Shown in pieces: positions 27,953 through 37,729 of a stretch of DNA of 64,000 nt. Source of the DNA: an uncultured Phocaeicola sp. Its GTDB lineage: Bacteria > Bacteroidota > Bacteroidia > Bacteroidales > Bacteroidaceae. Numbering within the stretch: the first letter of the stretch is position 1; every line of letters starts with the position of its first letter. Position numbers and translations under genes: made by a program. The notes under the pieces were generated by a model. The model was not told the DNA's origin, made no database searches, and saw nothing but the letters and a program-made list of their open reading frames with translations. The stretch lies in contig CANQSM010000004.1 of NCBI GenBank assembly GCA_947626525.1, positions 3,080-67,079 on the forward strand, written 5' to 3'.

Positions 27953-28926
27953 ATATTATACAGTATGATGGCGATAAATAGTATAACACAGAGGAGGAAA
28001 AATAAGTTGCAGGCTTTCGAGCGACTGAGTGCGAACAGATGGCCTCCCACAATACTGCTTCCGGTGATTAGAACGGGAAACAGGGTAGAAAAATTTTGTG
28101 GTTGGAGCAATAGGAATAAAAGTGTCCAGACTTGTAGCGCAATGAAATAAGAGAGCAAGGAACGCGTCTTTATTTTATCTTCATAATTGTTGATCAGGCA
28201 ATGTAAACTTCCTGCCAAGGTGATAAGCAGAATATAGCTCAGGGAAAAAAGATTAGAGAGTGTCCATTTATCGTAGCTCACCTGAAGTTTCGGAATCAGT
28301 TTCAGAAATAATTCATCAAACAGATTCATCTCTCCTGTAAACAGGGCAAAAGCCAATAGTCCCCAGTAAGGCAGGCAGAGGCCGGCGATTCCGGCAAAGA
28401 AAGTCCGCCAAGTCAGTGCCTTGAAGTTTGCCAGGCTTCCGTATAAGAACGGCAGATAATAGAGTAGGGGTGGGAACAGCATACTACCCAGCCCGATAAA
28501 TAAGAATCCCTGAAAAACGTAACCTACCGGTTGTTGTAACTGGTAGGTCTTGAATAAGTTATGGGTGGACAAAAGGAGGCAGGGAATGATCAAACTAGCT
28601 ATATCAAGTGTTTGTGGACGAAGCAGGCCGGCAAATAAAACGAAGAGAGTAAGGTAAAAATTGGAATGGACGCGGATGAGTGCAAAAGTGTTGTGGAGTA
28701 TCAGAAGCTGGACTCCGGCCACTCCGAGCAAGAGATATCCGGTGAAACTCTTTAAAAGAGACCCTTGCAGGATTTCCTGCAGCTTGTTCCAGAAGATGTT
28801 GCTGTCCACTCCTTTGATAGGAGACAAACTACCTATCAACCAGATGAGGGAGACCATAAATATCACCACAGGAAGTGTGAACTGTCCTGCGGTGATTTTT
28901 TCCTGGATATATCGTCTTTTTGTCAT
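27925..28926 (-). CDS. multi-pass integral membrane protein of unknown function
   Basis: 333 aa with about 9-10 hydrophobic helices. It overlaps the purD stop by 1 nt and the downstream gene by 28 nt. Confidence 0.7.
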   Translation of the reverse strand: MTKRRYIQEKITAGQFTLPVVIFMVSLIWLIGSLSPIKGVDSNIFWNKLQEILQGSLLKSFTGYLLLGVAGVQLLILHNTFALIRVHSNFYLTLFVLFAGLLRPQTLDIASLIIPCLLLSTHNLFKTYQLQQPVGYVFQGFLFIGLGSMLFPPLLYYLPFLYGSLANFKALTWRTFFAGIAGLCLPYWGLLAFALFTGEMNLFDELFLKLIPKLQVSYDKWTLSNLFSLSYILLITLAGSLHCLINNYEDKIKTRSLLSYFIALQVWTLLFLLLQPQNFSTLFPVLITGSSIVGGHLFALSRSKACNLFFLLCVILFIAIILYNIWTHSHNIY

Positions 28927-30197
28927 TAGAGATCAAAACCGATATCTGAACGGAAATATTTTTTCTCATAGTCAATCAGCTGGGCATTGGCAAAAGATTT
29001 GGCAAGAGCCTCTTCTTTGTTGTTACCGTACGAACTGACAGCTATTACCCGTCCGCCATGGGTTACTACCTGTCCATTCTTCACAGCCGTACCGGCGTGG
29101 AATACGATGCTGTCCTGTATGCTGTCCAGTCCGTGAATCGGATATCCTTTTTGGTAGGCTCCGGGATATCCGCCGGACACCAACATGACACATACGGCCG
29201 TGCGAGGGTCTATTTCCAATGCTTTTTGGTCGAGTGTACCGGTAACAGCGCCTTCGAACAGCTCTATCAAATCACTCTGGATACGCAACATGACACTTTC
29301 CGTTTCCGGGTCGCCCATACGTACATTGTATTCGATAACCATCGGTTCGCCTTGTACATTGATTAAACCGAAGAAAATGAATCCTTTGTAATCGATATGT
29401 TCTTCGGCCAATCCTTCTATGGTTGGGCGGATAATGCGGTCTTCCACCTTTTTCATCCATTGGCTGTCAGCGAACGGAACCGGTGACACCGAACCCATTC
29501 CTCCGGTATTCAGTCCTTTGTCTCCTTCACCTATGCGTTTGTAATCTTTTGCTTCAGGAAGGATTTTATAATGCGTACCATCTGTCAGCACAAAAACAGA
29601 ACATTCTATGCCGCTCAGGAACTCTTCGATGACTACTGTAGCCGATGCATCACCGAACATACCGCCCAACATTTCTTTTAATTCTTTTTGGGCTTTTTCC
29701 AGTGTAGGGAGAATCAAGACTCCCTTTCCTGCACAAAGGCCGTCAGCTTTCAGCACATAAGGCGCCTTCAAGGTTTGCAGAAAAGCCAGTCCCTCCTCCA
29801 GATTGTCGGTCGTAATGCTCTTATAAGCTGCTGTGGGGATGTGATGCCGTTGCATAAAGCCTTTGGCGAACTCTTTGCTTCCTTCCAGTACGGCTCCTGC
29901 TTTGGATGGTCCAATGACTGGGATGGAACGCAACTGCTCATCTTCTTGGAAGAAATCGTAGATCCCTCTTACAAGAGGTTCTTCCGGACCTACTACGACC
30001 ATGTCGATTTGGTGATTGAGCACAAACTCTTTTACACCTGTGAACGAGTCACTCATGGGAATGTCTACATTGGTACCGATTGCGCTTGTTCCGGCATTTC
30101 CCGGGGCAATGTACAGCTTTTCTAATTTGGGACTTTGAGCAATTTTCCAGGCTAAGGCATGTTCACGTCCGCCTGAACCTAATAGTAATATCTTCAT
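28926..30197 (-). CDS. purD: phosphoribosylamine--glycine ligase
   Basis: 423 aa with the [18 protein letters not shown] start and the ATP-grasp core typical of PurD. Confidence 0.93.
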   Translation of the reverse strand: MKILLLGSGGREHALAWKIAQSPKLEKLYIAPGNAGTSAIGTNVDIPMSDSFTGVKEFVLNHQIDMVVVGPEEPLVRGIYDFFQEDEQLRSIPVIGPSKAGAVLEGSKEFAKGFMQRHHIPTAAYKSITTDNLEEGLAFLQTLKAPYVLKADGLCAGKGVLILPTLEKAQKELKEMLGGMFGDASATVVIEEFLSGIECSVFVLTDGTHYKILPEAKDYKRIGEGDKGLNTGGMGSVSPVPFADSQWMKKVEDRIIRPTIEGLAEEHIDYKGFIFFGLINVQGEPMVIEYNVRMGDPETESVMLRIQSDLIELFEGAVTGTLDQKALEIDPRTAVCVMLVSGGYPGAYQKGYPIHGLDSIQDSIVFHAGTAVKNGQVVTHGGRVIAVSSYGNNKEEALAKSFANAQLIDYEKKYFRSDIGFDL

Positions 30198-30270
30198 CTT
30201 TTTCTGTTTTTAATGTTCGAATTCGTCTTTTTGCTTATACAGGTGGTCGAGATAATCAGTGTTGTTTTGC

Positions 30271-32568
30271 TTATTTAAGGTGATCCTTGAAATATTGCGT
30301 AATATGCTCGTGCAAGTGTACTCGGTCTTTGCCCATCACGTTGTGTCCATGCCCCGGGTAAACAAATAAATCAGGATGTGTTCCTTTTTCTATGCAGCTT
30401 TGGATAAACGAGAGGCTATGTTGCGGTACGCAGGTAGGATCATTGCCTCCGTAGATAATCTCGAGACGACCTTTCAGGTTACCGGCCTTTTCGTTTAAGT
30501 TAGAACCTTTATATCCTTCTGGATTTGTTTGAGGGGTGTCCATATAACGTTCACCATACATTATTTCGTAATATTTCCAGTCGATGACAGGCCCTCCGGC
30601 TACTCCCACCTTGAATACATCTGGATAAGAAAGCATTAGATTGGTGGTCATGAAACCTCCAAAGCTCCATCCGTGTACGCCCAACCGGTCGTGATCTATA
30701 AACGGGAGCGATTTTAAATATTCCACTCCCTTTATCTGGTCTTTCATTTCTTCTGTTCCCAAATGACGGAACGTACAATTTTCGAATTCAAGTCCTCTGT
30801 TTTCACTGCCCCGGTTATCTATAGTAAACATCACATATCCTTCTTGTGCCATATACATGTCCCATCCGCGTACGCCATAGTGATAAGAAGCATTGATCAT
30901 CTGTGCATGCGGACCTCCATATACATAGACCACCGCCGGATATTTCTTGTTCGGATCAAAATCCACAGGTTTTATCATCCGGTAATATAAGTCTGTTTTA
31001 CCGTTAGCCGCTTTAATCGTTCCTACTTCTACTTCCGGTACATGATACTCTTTCCACGGATTGGGGGAGGCGAACACATTTCGTACGGTTGGGCCGGTTG
31101 TACTGACTAAGTCGATGTTTCGCGGAATAGTTGGAGTGGTGTAGCTGTCAATCAGATAATTGCCACTGTATGAAAGTTGTACTTGGTGTACCCCTTCACT
31201 GTTGCCTACGGCACGTCGTTTCCCATTATCGATGCGTATGGCATAAACATTTGATTGTAAAGGTGAGATTTCTGTGCTTTGAATCAATATTTCCTTCTTT
31301 TTTACATTGAATCCAATAATGTTTTGTACCAACCAGTCGCCTTGTGTCAAAGGTGTTACTTTTACGGTCTCACAATATTGTCCGCCTGCCTTGCCTTGCT
31401 TGAAAATGTTTTTTTTCTCCGGCATTTCTGTGTCGAACAGATAGAGATGGTTGAAACCATCCCGTTGGCTTTGGTAAATGAATTTTGATGCATCCCATGG
31501 CAAAAAAGTGATAGGATGAAGCGGTTCCACATATTTGGGGTGCTTTTCTTCGTAAACGATTGCTTCTTTTTCTCCTGTGGCCGCATCGTATCGAACCAAT
31601 TGTGCGTAATTTTGCTCACGGTTCAGTTCTATCATATAAACCTTGGTTTCGTCAGGACTCCAGCTGATATTAGTGAAATACCGGTCGGTCGGGTCGCCTG
31701 TTTTCAGGTAGATAGTTTGCCCGTTTTGCGGACAATAGATACCTACGGTTACTTTGTGGCTGGTCATGCCTGCCATCGGGTACTTGTCAGGCACCAGTGT
31801 AGCGATGCGTGTACTGATATCCACTTGCGGATAATCTGTTACCATACTTTGGTCCATACGGTAAAAAGCCAGGTATTTTCCTTTCGGGCTCCAGAATGTA
31901 CCTTTCATGATACCGAATTCGTTACGGTGTACTGCCTGTCCGTATACAATGTCTTTTTCAGCGTCAGGACCATTGTCTTCTCCTACAAGTGACGGATTAA
32001 TCATTGTACTGAAATCACCTTCGTGCGCTACAAACAAATTGTTTCCTGAGGTATAGGCCGCGTATCCGTTGGCGGGACAAAAGTCTATGTTCGCGGGAGT
32101 TTGTCCTTTGCTACATTCAAGCCGGAAAAGGTGAGTGACTTTTTTCTGGACGAAGTCATAGAACAATATGTATTGTCCTGTTCCGTCTTGTGATCTGGTT
32201 TGGCATACCATCAGATTCCGGTCGGCCCATGGGTAAGAACCTTTCATTAAATGGGATAATGGTTTCAGAGGATGAACCAGTTTATAAGGAAGTACACCGT
32301 GTTCGATAGCATCATTCACTTCCTCCAGAGTGAACAGTGTGGTTTCCTTGCCGTTTTTCGGATGAATGGTTTTTACTTCTTCTACATCGGGCTTGACGCA
32401 TACATCTCCCCACCATTGTACTCCATACAGATTTTTAGGGGAACAATCGTAATAGTTACTTCCTCCTGGAATCAGGTCATCCAAGGTGAAGCTCTTTTTT
32501 TCCTGTGCCGTGATTATCGTCATAGATAAAATGAATAGTAACAAGAGTGAATAAGTTCTCTTTTTCAT
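30271..32568 (-). CDS. S9-family serine peptidase (DPP IV / prolyl tripeptidyl peptidase-like)
   Basis: 765 aa with a signal peptide, a beta-propeller N-terminal region and the catalytic GWSFGG motif. Confidence 0.85.
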   Translation of the reverse strand: MKKRTYSLLLLFILSMTIITAQEKKSFTLDDLIPGGSNYYDCSPKNLYGVQWWGDVCVKPDVEEVKTIHPKNGKETTLFTLEEVNDAIEHGVLPYKLVHPLKPLSHLMKGSYPWADRNLMVCQTRSQDGTGQYILFYDFVQKKVTHLFRLECSKGQTPANIDFCPANGYAAYTSGNNLFVAHEGDFSTMINPSLVGEDNGPDAEKDIVYGQAVHRNEFGIMKGTFWSPKGKYLAFYRMDQSMVTDYPQVDISTRIATLVPDKYPMAGMTSHKVTVGIYCPQNGQTIYLKTGDPTDRYFTNISWSPDETKVYMIELNREQNYAQLVRYDAATGEKEAIVYEEKHPKYVEPLHPITFLPWDASKFIYQSQRDGFNHLYLFDTEMPEKKNIFKQGKAGGQYCETVKVTPLTQGDWLVQNIIGFNVKKKEILIQSTEISPLQSNVYAIRIDNGKRRAVGNSEGVHQVQLSYSGNYLIDSYTTPTIPRNIDLVSTTGPTVRNVFASPNPWKEYHVPEVEVGTIKAANGKTDLYYRMIKPVDFDPNKKYPAVVYVYGGPHAQMINASYHYGVRGWDMYMAQEGYVMFTIDNRGSENRGLEFENCTFRHLGTEEMKDQIKGVEYLKSLPFIDHDRLGVHGWSFGGFMTTNLMLSYPDVFKVGVAGGPVIDWKYYEIMYGERYMDTPQTNPEGYKGSNLNEKAGNLKGRLEIIYGGNDPTCVPQHSLSFIQSCIEKGTHPDLFVYPGHGHNVMGKDRVHLHEHITQYFKDHLK

Positions 32569-32583
32569 AGTGTTAGATTTATT

Positions 32584-34035
32584 TTAATCGTGAGTATTCT
32601 TGCCATTAATTTTGCGAGGAATTCTGTTTCGTTTGCTGGAAGAAGATTTCTCGAATGAATGCCTACGTTTTTCATACTTACGCTCTCTTTCTTTAAAGGA
32701 GCGTTCTTTTTTGTCGGAGTTCCATTCTTTCCGATTGAACTTAGACTCTTTTCCCTTTTCACGGTATGAATTTTTTTGTGCGGGACGGTAGCCACATTCT
32801 TTTTTAGGATTCGTACGGCTCTCTGTGTTCCGGTTGCGGTTGAAAGAGCGTTCCTCCGTCCAACGAGGTTTGAATTCTCTTTCGCTGTTTTGAAGGAATT
32901 CCTTGTATTTTCCACTGAATATCTGATATTTTCGGAATTCGCATTCCAGTGCTCCGTTGAAAAGAGGAATCTTGACTGAAGGCTTCAGGCCGATTTGGTC
33001 GAAACATTCTGTTCGGTAACTTAATATCCAAGCATCATTGTCTGTGAACGCATGTTTCAGCCTTTCGCCAATCATTTGATACAGCCCAAGCAGGTCGCTG
33101 GTAGAAATACGCTCTCCATACGGTGGATTTGTGATGAGGATGGATTTCTCTTTTGGGGCTTCGAATTGCTGGAAAGGCTGTAACTTCAAGACAATGTCTT
33201 TTGTTACACCTGCGGCTTTGACGTTGTGGGTAGCTATCTTGTTAGCTTGAGGATTATTGTCATAGCCATAGATTTTGTGGGTGAACTCGCGTTCCTGTGA
33301 ATCGTCATTGTATACCTTATCGAACAATTCCTGGTCGAAATCATTCCATTTTTCAAAGGCAAATTCTTTGCGGAATACACCCGGAGCAATGTTGCGGGCT
33401 ATCAGGGCTGCTTCAATAGGAATGGTTCCCGAGCCGCACATAGGATCTATTAAATCACATTCTCCCTGCCATCCGGTCAATAAAATCATGCCGGCAGCCA
33501 GCACCTCGTTCAAAGGCGCCTCTACGGCTTCCTGTCGATATCCTCTGCGATGCAACGACTCGCCGGAACTGTCGAGGGACAGCGTACACTTATTTTGGGC
33601 AATATGAATATTTAAAGCTACATCCGGATGGTTGATACGGACAGAGGGGCGTTCGCTGGTTTTATCTCTGAAATAATCAACGATGGCATCTTTTACTTTA
33701 TAAGATACAAATTTGGAATGGCGGAATTCCTCGGAGAAGACCACCGCATCCACAGCAAAGCTCATTTTATTGTTCAGATACTGTTCCCATTCGATAGCTT
33801 TCACCTCTTCGTACACCTCATCGGCACTGTTGGCAGTGAAGTGCTTGATGGGTTTCAGAATCCGGATAGCTGTACGTAGGTTGAAATTTGCCCGGTACAT
33901 GAATTCTTTATCTCCAGTGAAAGATACCATGCGGCGGCCTATCTCAATATTATTTGCTCCCAGTATGGTTAACTCTTTGGCTAGCACTTCTTCCAGTCCC
34001 TGAAAAGTCTTGGCGATTAACTCAAATTCTTCCAT
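32584..34035 (-). CDS. THUMP-domain class I SAM-dependent RNA methyltransferase with a ~100-aa basic C-terminal tail
   Basis: N-terminal THUMP-like region, SAM motif DPMCGSGTI and catalytic NPPYG. The last ~100 residues are rich in K, R, E and S. Confidence 0.85.
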   Translation of the reverse strand: MEEFELIAKTFQGLEEVLAKELTILGANNIEIGRRMVSFTGDKEFMYRANFNLRTAIRILKPIKHFTANSADEVYEEVKAIEWEQYLNNKMSFAVDAVVFSEEFRHSKFVSYKVKDAIVDYFRDKTSERPSVRINHPDVALNIHIAQNKCTLSLDSSGESLHRRGYRQEAVEAPLNEVLAAGMILLTGWQGECDLIDPMCGSGTIPIEAALIARNIAPGVFRKEFAFEKWNDFDQELFDKVYNDDSQEREFTHKIYGYDNNPQANKIATHNVKAAGVTKDIVLKLQPFQQFEAPKEKSILITNPPYGERISTSDLLGLYQMIGERLKHAFTDNDAWILSYRTECFDQIGLKPSVKIPLFNGALECEFRKYQIFSGKYKEFLQNSEREFKPRWTEERSFNRNRNTESRTNPKKECGYRPAQKNSYREKGKESKFNRKEWNSDKKERSFKERERKYEKRRHSFEKSSSSKRNRIPRKINGKNTHD

Positions 34036-34132
34036 ATATTTTATCGCAGGTTTATGCGGATTTCCGCAATTATATTTTCTTTTGTCTTACTTTTACTTGC
34101 TTTGTGCTCTTCTTTCATTTGTCTATCATACT

Positions 34133-35023
34133 TTACTTTTTCTGTACGATTTTGGCTCCGGCCGGTACATCTTCCGTAACCCATATATTTCCTCCGATGG
34201 TTGCGCCTTTTCCGATGGTGATACGTCCTAAAATGGTCGCATTGGAATAAACGATTACTTCATCCTCAAGAATGGGGTGTCGTGGATTGCCTTTGATTGG
34301 GGTCCCATTGGCGTCTAGCGGAAAGCTTTTAGCTCCTAAAGTGACTCCTTGGTATAGCTTTACATGGTTCCCTATAATGGCTGTGGCACCGATAACCACT
34401 CCCGTACCGTGGTCGATGGTGAAATGGTGCCCTATTTTTGCTCCAGGATGGATGTCTATGCCAGTTTCTGAATGGGCCATTTCCGTAATAATACGGGGAA
34501 TAAGCGGTACACCTAATTTCAATAATTCATGTGCCATACGGTAATTACTAAGAGCCTTAATGACTGGATAACAACTGATAACTTCTCCAGAATCTGTGGC
34601 AGCCGGGTCACCGTTGTAGGCAGCTTCCACGTCCGTGGCCAGTATGCGTCGCATTTCAGGTAATTTGCTAATGAACCTTGCTGCCAGATTGGCCGCTTCT
34701 TCCCTGATTTCACATTGCGTCGCTTCGTTTTTTTCTTCACAGGCAAAACAGAGCCCGGCTTGAATCTGCTCCGTCAGCAGATTAAATAAGTTTTCAATAT
34801 TTACACCGATATGATAATTGACAGTGCGGCTGTTTACAGTGGAGTTTCCGTAATATCCTGGGAAAAGGATTGAACGGGTCAGTTCGATTATTTTACGTAG
34901 AATTTTGGCAGAAGGCAACGGGTCACCATCTTTATGCTGGTGGAACAGACCTTGATAGGATGCACTTTCCGAAAGTTCATCTACTGCTTGAGTCAGGATG
35001 TGCGTGAAGTTCAAAGGGCTCAT
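34133..35023 (-). CDS. cysE: serine O-acetyltransferase
   Basis: 296 aa with a hexapeptide-repeat left-handed beta-helix C-terminus (IDIHPGAKIG..FTIDHGTGVVIG) and a SAT N-terminal domain. Confidence 0.85.
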   Translation of the reverse strand: MSPLNFTHILTQAVDELSESASYQGLFHQHKDGDPLPSAKILRKIIELTRSILFPGYYGNSTVNSRTVNYHIGVNIENLFNLLTEQIQAGLCFACEEKNEATQCEIREEAANLAARFISKLPEMRRILATDVEAAYNGDPAATDSGEVISCYPVIKALSNYRMAHELLKLGVPLIPRIITEMAHSETGIDIHPGAKIGHHFTIDHGTGVVIGATAIIGNHVKLYQGVTLGAKSFPLDANGTPIKGNPRHPILEDEVIVYSNATILGRITIGKGATIGGNIWVTEDVPAGAKIVQKK

Positions 35024-35171
35024 TTCTGTGCGCTAAGTAAAGTTATATTAGGCAAGTACTCCTCATTTGCTTGTCGGAGTTCCTGCGGAACTTAAGTTCT
35101 TTTCTTTTTGCAAAGAAACGGAAAAAAAGCAGGTTAATCAAAAAAAAGACCGATTATTAGGTTTAAAAAGC

Positions 35172-35179
35172 TACTTTTG
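35172..35179 (+). promoter_or_regulatory. -7 box TActTTTG upstream of the lytic transglycosylase gene
   Basis: Exact TAnnTTTG match about 120 nt upstream of the ATG. Confidence 0.35.
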
Positions 35180-35300
35180 CATAAAATGAAATGTAGAAAC
35201 GGAACGATTGTTTCTTGGAATGGTTCCGTTCGGATGGAATCGAAAAAACATTTTCATGTGTTTTGAAGGGCAGTGTAATTTAATTTTTAAAGAATAGAAG

Positions 35301-36281
35301 ATGAAGATCTCATTTAATTTCAGACGTGTTTTATCGTATTTGGCGCTTGTTTCCATTTGTATTTGCGTGCCGTTCTGTATGTCGTATGAAATGCAGGATG
35401 AAGCTCACTTCCCTAAGTCGGAAGTACCCTATTGTGTCGCTTCTCCTTCCGTGCCGAGTCAAACTGATTTTGCAGGAGAAACCATTTCGTTGACTCGCGC
35501 GGATATGCGCGAACGAATGGATAGGGAGCTTTCTGCGTTTACCTATATGCATTCGACCACTATGCTGACAATCAAACGAGCAAACCGTTTTTTTCCGGTG
35601 GTAGAACCGATATTGAAAGAGGAAGGAGTGCCGGATGATTTTAAGTATTTGATGGCGATAGAAAGTAATCTGGACATACTGGCTCGTTCTCCGGCAAGGG
35701 CTGCAGGATTATGGCAGTTTGTGGAAGGGACGGGACGCGACTACGGATTGGAAGTGAATGCGAATGTAGATGAGCGTTATCATGTGGAAAAAGCTACTCG
35801 TGCGGCTTGCAGATATTTGAAAGATGCTTATGGAAAGTATGGCGACTGGCTGACTGTAGCTGCTAGCTATAACGCAGGACAAGGGCGGATTTCTCAGGAG
35901 TTGAGACGCCAACAGGCAGAGAGGGCGACCGATTTGTGGCTGGTTCCTGAAACTTCCCGTTATATATTTCGTATTTTGGCTGTGAAAGAAGTATTTAAAA
36001 ATCCTTCTCGATATGGTTTCCTTTTAAGAAGAGAAAATCTTTACCCAATGATTCCTTGCAAGGAGGTAAAAGTAGACTCTACTATTACGAATATAGCTTC
36101 GTTTGCTAAACAGTATGGATTGACCGCTTCTCAATTGAAAGAAGCAAACCCATGGTTGCGCGAATATTCTTTACATAATAAAGGAAGAAAAGTGTATATT
36201 ATTTCTGTTCCTGATTCAGCGGCTTTGCACTACAATCCGAAGCAAACGTTTGTACACCGGAAAGAGTGGGTGATTGATTGA
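35301..36281 (+). CDS. lytic transglycosylase (SLT-domain) protein
   Basis: 326 aa with the SLT catalytic region AIESNLD...AAGLWQF...SYNAG. Confidence 0.85.
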   Translation: MKISFNFRRVLSYLALVSICICVPFCMSYEMQDEAHFPKSEVPYCVASPSVPSQTDFAGETISLTRADMRERMDRELSAFTYMHSTTMLTIKRANRFFPVVEPILKEEGVPDDFKYLMAIESNLDILARSPARAAGLWQFVEGTGRDYGLEVNANVDERYHVEKATRAACRYLKDAYGKYGDWLTVAASYNAGQGRISQELRRQQAERATDLWLVPETSRYIFRILAVKEVFKNPSRYGFLLRRENLYPMIPCKEVKVDSTITNIASFAKQYGLTASQLKEANPWLREYSLHNKGRKVYIISVPDSAALHYNPKQTFVHRKEWVID

Positions 36282-36298
36282 AAGCTTTATTTGAATGT

Positions 36299-36607
36299 TC
36301 AATTACGGTGCACCGGCATTTTAGAAAGTTCTTCTACAAGAATCCTCCAATCGTCCGGGTCTAGCTGGAAATAAGGCATAGCTTCGGATTGTCCTTTCAT
36401 CCGGACGAATAAATGGCGTAAAGTATTCGATGGCCCGTATTCGAAGAATTCCAGCGATTCAATGGCAAGCCCTTTTTGATGGAGCGCAGCTATCAATTGT
36501 TGCATTTGACGTGTGGAAAGGGATTGCCCTATTTCGTAAAGCGAATAGAGTTGATCACCGTACCGATAGATGCGAGCATGGAGTGAAGGAAAGTTCATCC
36601 GAAACAT
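36299..36607 (-). CDS. hypothetical 102-aa protein, start overlapping the pfkA stop
   Basis: ORF with a balanced, non-repetitive composition on the same strand as pfkA, overlapping it by 13 nt. I recognise no family. Confidence 0.4.
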   Translation of the reverse strand: MFRMNFPSLHARIYRYGDQLYSLYEIGQSLSTRQMQQLIAALHQKGLAIESLEFFEYGPSNTLRHLFVRMKGQSEAMPYFQLDPDDWRILVEELSKMPVHRN

Positions 36608-37614
36608 ATTCCCATTTTACGTCCTTCCACAATCAGGTCGTGGTTTTCGGGAACCAGTTTCAGTTTGCCTCCCACCTCTTCCAGCGGAACTGATGCGATG
36701 GTATCTCCCTGTAAAGAGACCATTCGTCCGAATTGGCCCGTGGCAACCAGCTCTGTGGCATGACCACCCATGCGTGTTGCCAGATTGCGGTCGAAAGAGG
36801 TCGGTGTTCCTCCCCGTTGGATATACCCTAATACCGTTTCTCGTGTTTCAAAACCGGTTTCATATTCGATTTCTTGGGCAATATATTCTCCTGCTCGTTT
36901 TTTTCTCTCCGGGTCAGTGGCTATGCCTTCTCCCACCACCACGATACTGTAAGGCTTTCCCTTTTTTAATCGGTTGATGATTGTGTTTCCGATGTTGTGG
37001 ATATTGTAAGGAAGTTCCGGTAACAAAATAACATCTCCTCCTCCCGCCATACCGCTATATAAGGCAATCCATCCGGCTTTGTGTCCCATTACTTCGATAA
37101 CCATCACTCGCTTGTGGGCGCTGGCTGTTGAATGGAGCCGGTCGATAGCGTCCGTGGCAATGCTGACGGCTGTGTCGAAACCAAAAGATAAATCAGTACC
37201 CCACACATCGTTGTCGATGGTTTTAGGAACAGAAACCACGTTGATTCCCATGGCAGCCATTTTTGCCGCCGATTTTTGAGTTCCGTTACCTCCAATGCAT
37301 ACCACGCAATCCAGTTGCATACGGCGTATGTTTTGAGCAATGAGTGCCGGCTTGTCTTCGGAAGTGGAAGAAGCCGGACGCTTTTTGAATGGCTTTTCGC
37401 GAGAGGTACCTAAGATAGTCCCTCCAAGATTAAGAAGTCCTGACATGGATTTTTCTGTTAGAGGTTCCATATCGTTATCTATCAGTCCTTGAAAACCACT
37501 GTGTATACCATATACTTCCATTCCGTAATAATTGATGGCTGTTTTGCATACACCACGGATCGTTGCGTTGATTCCGGGACAATCGCCTCCTGAAGTTAAA
37601 ATTCCGATTCTCAT
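36595..37614 (-). CDS. pfkA: ATP-dependent 6-phosphofructokinase
   Basis: 339 aa with the MRIGILTSGGDCPGINA start and the IGGNGT and PKTIDND motifs. Confidence 0.92.
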   Translation of the reverse strand: MRIGILTSGGDCPGINATIRGVCKTAINYYGMEVYGIHSGFQGLIDNDMEPLTEKSMSGLLNLGGTILGTSREKPFKKRPASSTSEDKPALIAQNIRRMQLDCVVCIGGNGTQKSAAKMAAMGINVVSVPKTIDNDVWGTDLSFGFDTAVSIATDAIDRLHSTASAHKRVMVIEVMGHKAGWIALYSGMAGGGDVILLPELPYNIHNIGNTIINRLKKGKPYSIVVVGEGIATDPERKKRAGEYIAQEIEYETGFETRETVLGYIQRGGTPTSFDRNLATRMGGHATELVATGQFGRMVSLQGDTIASVPLEEVGGKLKLVPENHDLIVEGRKMGICFG

Positions 37615-37683
37615 GCTTTTAGTGTATTTCTTATGTGTACGTTAAAACTTGGCGTAAAGATAGGTATTTTCAAAACTTTGCGC

Positions 37684-37691
37684 TACTTTTG
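37684..37691 (+). promoter_or_regulatory. -7 box TActTTTG upstream of the GH3-family gene
   Basis: Exact TAnnTTTG match about 40 nt upstream of the ATG. Confidence 0.45.
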
Positions 37692-37729
37692 CCCCATAAA
37701 AGAATATTTGGAATTACGATAAAATTAAG

